DNA of 64,000 nucleotides from contig CAWFYD010000005.1 in assembly GCA_963819945.1 (NCBI GenBank), positions 18,374 through 82,373 on the forward strand, read 5' to 3'. Made by a program: the position numbers and the translations under genes. This stretch comes from an uncultured Acidimicrobiia bacterium. Lineage in GTDB: Bacteria; Actinomycetota; Acidimicrobiia; IMCC26256; JAENVU01. Each line of letters starts with the position of its first letter. Position 1 is the stretch's first letter. The notes under the pieces are model-generated. The model worked only from the letters and a program-made list of their open reading frames with translations, searched no databases and had not been told where the DNA came from. Shown here piece after piece: positions 61,560 through 64,000 of the stretch.

Positions 61560-62691
61560 GCCGCTCCCATCTGCGCTTCCCGCTGCCGGGTCGTGGAGTG
61601 ACCCGCGTCGTGATCGAACGCCGGGATCACCTCGCGCCCGAAGGTCTCGAGCGACTCCTGCGCGATCTCGAGCGGCAGCGTGTTGTTGAGGATGCCGTAG
61701 ATCAGCTGGTCGGCGCCGGCGTCACGCCACCGCTGCACCGACTTCGCGACGTCCTCGGGCGTGCCCACGCTGCGCCGGCCCGCGTCCACGGACTCGGTGA
61801 GCTCTTCGAGGCTCGGCTCCGGTACGGAGAAGCTGTCGCGGTCGATGCCCTCGGGCAGCGGGATGGAGTCGAGCTTGCGGACGACGAGCGACTGGTAGTT
61901 GGACGTGCCCATGTTGCGGAACAGGTCGAGCGCGCGGTCGCGGTCGTTCAGGCAGAGGAGCATGCTCACGCACGCGACGTTGTCGTTGATGTACGCGCCG
62001 ACCGGCTCCGTGCACTTGCCGATCGCGTTCTTGTAGGCGTCGATCAGCGGTGCGAGGTCTTCGGGGTCGCCCATCGTGAAGCACAGCGCGCCCATGCCCA
62101 GGCGCCCGGCCTTCTCGAACGTCGACGGGCTGCCGCACGCGAGCCACAGCGGCGGGTGCGGCACCGTCCACGGCCGCGGGCAGCACGGTGCGCTCGGGCA
62201 TCGAGAACCCGCCGGCCGTCGTGCGCGTACGGCGCTTCCTGGAGCATGCGCACGACCTCGGGCAGCGCCTCGTCGAACAGATCCCGGGTGGTGTCCGGAT
62301 CCGGGATCCCGAACCCCTGGTACTCGGTGCTCGACGAGCCCCGCCCGGTCCCGAACTCGAACCGGCCGTTGCTCAGGTGGTCGAGCATCGAGACCCGCTC
62401 GGCGACCCGGGCCGGATGGTTCACCGGCGGCGTGAGGTTGAAGATCCCCGAGCCGAGGTGGATCTGCTCGGTCCGAGCGGCGACGTAGCCCATGAGCACC
62501 TCGCTCGCGGAGACGTGCGAGTACTCCTCGAGGAAGTGGTGCTCGGTGAACCACGAGTACTTGAAGCCGTTCCGGTCGCCGGTGACCGCGACCTCGACTT
62601 CGTCGAGCAGCCGCCGGTGCTCGAGTCGTCGTTGCGCGTCCGCAGTCGCCTGCGTCGGCACGTGTCCCGAGTGGAAGATCCCGAACTCCAT
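61556..62691 (-). pseudogene. LLM-class flavin-dependent monooxygenase (alkanal monooxygenase-like), 1-2 frame switches near 62200
   Basis: ATG 62691 MEFGIFHSGHVP...FTEHHFLEEYSH...SNGRFEFGTGRGSS (tail of ORF 62044..63804) joins PPLWLACGSPSTFEKAGRLGMGALCF... (ORF 61556..63316). Confidence 0.7.
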
Positions 62692-62702
62692 GGTGCCGGG
62701 GC

Positions 62703-64000
62703 TCAGCCGGGCCAGACGACGGACTGCAGCTCGGTGTACGCGTGGAGCCCGAAGGAGCCACCGTCGCGACCGATGCCGCTGTGCTTCGTGCCGCCGAACG
62801 GGGTCTCCTGGTTCCGCTGCACGGTGTTGATCCCGACGTTGCCGGCCCGCATGCGGCGCGACACGCGCATCGCGCGGCTGGTGTCCTTCGAGAACACGTA
62901 GTCGTAGAGCCCGAACTCCGTGCCGTTCGCGATCGCGATGCCTTCGTCCTCGTCGTCGAACGGCACCGCGACGATGACCGGACCGAAGATCTCTTCCTGC
63001 ACGGCGCGCATGTCCGGGCCGGCAGTTCGCGATCAGCGTCGGCTCGAGGTACCAACCCTTCTCGAGGTGCCCGGGCCGGCCGCCGCCCACCACGACCTCG
63101 CCGCCCTCGTCGCGTCCGGACTGGATGTAGCCCTCGACGCGGTTGCGGTGGGCCTCGGTGATGAGCGGGCCGATGACCGTGTCCTTCTCCAACGGGTCGC
63201 CGACCTTGAGCACCGTGGCCATCTTGGCCAGGCCCTCGACGACCTGGTCGTAGACCGAGCGGTGCACGATCGCCCGGGTCGGCGCGGTGCAGATCTGCCC
63301 GGAGTGGAAGGTCCACACCGACCCGATCATGCCGATCGTCGACTTGAGGTCGGCGTCCTCGAACACGATCGCGGCACCCTTGCCGCCGAGCTCGAGCAGC
63401 TGGCGCTTCAGCCCGCGGCCGGCCGTCTCACCGATCTGCATCCCGACCGCGGTGGAGCCGGTGAAGCTCACCATGTCCACGTCCGGCGACTCGACCAGCG
63501 CCTGGCCCGACACCGGCGACGAGCCGGTGACGATGTTCACGACGCCGGGAGGGAAGCCCGACTTCGTCGAGGATGCGGACGAGCTCGATGACCGCGAGCG
63601 GGTCCTGGCCCGCGGGCCGCACCACGACGGTGTTGCCCGTGGCGAGCGCGGGACCGAGCTTGCCCACCATGTTGACGAGCGGGAAGTTGTACGACGTGAT
63701 GCACGCGACGACACCGACCGGCGCCCGGCGAGCGAGTGCACCGATGAGGCCACCCGGAGCCAACGCGGTCGCCTGCACCTCCTGCGGCGCGAGCGGGAGC
63801 ACACTCGACTCCAGCGCGCCGACCGCGTAGCGCTCGAGCCGCGTCGAGACCATCGGGACCTGCATCGTCCGGCCGACGTTCGTCGTGCAGCCGGTCTCCG
63901 CGATGACGAGCGGGACGAGCTCCTTCGCGCGGGCCTTCACCGCGTCGGCCGCGGCCTGCAGGAGCCGCGCGCGCTCCTGCGGGCTGGTCTGCGACCAGGA
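62703..64000 (-). pseudogene. Aldehyde dehydrogenase family protein, 5' end beyond window, two frame switches
   Basis: ITSYNFPLVNMVGKLGPALATGNTVVVRPA (ORF 63428..63940), LELGGKGAAIVFEDAD...FHSGQICTAPTR (ORF 62044..63804), EEIFGPVIVAVPF...PFGGTKHSGIGRDGG (ORF 62703..63011). Confidence 0.75.

Noticed and set aside
1-64000. Programmed ribosomal frameshifting or recoding as the explanation for the broken frames.
   Set aside because: The switches are far too numerous, occur in unrelated enzyme families at non-homologous positions, and show no shared slippery-site or stimulatory structure. At least some sit in simple homopolymer runs.
1-64000. Prophage, IS element, integrative element or a known defence system (RM, TA, Abi, CBASS, retron and similar).
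   Set aside because: No integrase, transposase, recombinase, reverse transcriptase, phage structural gene, methylase or nuclease-helicase gene was recognised. The only candidate is the DUF559/AbiEi-like gene, which alone does not constitute a described system.

Overview
Very high-G+C (roughly 70% by eye) actinobacterial-type chromosomal segment. It is almost fully coding: about 60 protein genes on both strands, many with overlapping stop/start codons. Catabolic and redox enzymes dominate: 6 short-chain dehydrogenases (SDR), 5 luciferase-like (LLM/F420-type) oxidoreductases, 3 aldehyde dehydrogenases, 3 acyl-CoA synthetases, 2 acyl-CoA dehydrogenases, 2 paralogous amidohydrolases, a P450 and a molybdopterin oxidoreductase. 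Also present are gpmA, a Ppx/GppA phosphatase, one TetR regulator, a PAS-GGDEF-EAL protein and a glutamine-synthetase-like/PuuD-like/DMGDH-like amine-catabolism module. I found no rRNA, tRNA, CRISPR array, transposase, integrase or phage gene, and no complete known defence or mobile system. Four things stand out. (1) About two thirds of the genes are interrupted by single-base frame switches while codon bias stays intact on both sides, which suggests indel-rich assembly or very recent decay. Such genes are typed pseudogene here 'as assembled', with approximate coordinates. (2) A five-member family of palindromic elements has invariant termini TTTTGGCGTC...GACGCCAAAA, each just past a stop codon. 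Two pairs bracket ~0.8-1.1 kb segments: one holds a DUF559 endonuclease-fold gene, the other has no intact gene. This is the most unusual feature of the window. (3) Two classes of operator-like palindromes built on CTGAC...GTCAG lie in front of several catabolic operons, including the TetR promoter. (4) A Tat-exported, LAxTG-anchored Cys-rich protein lies next to a membrane cupredoxin, behind a structured, repeat-containing intergenic region.
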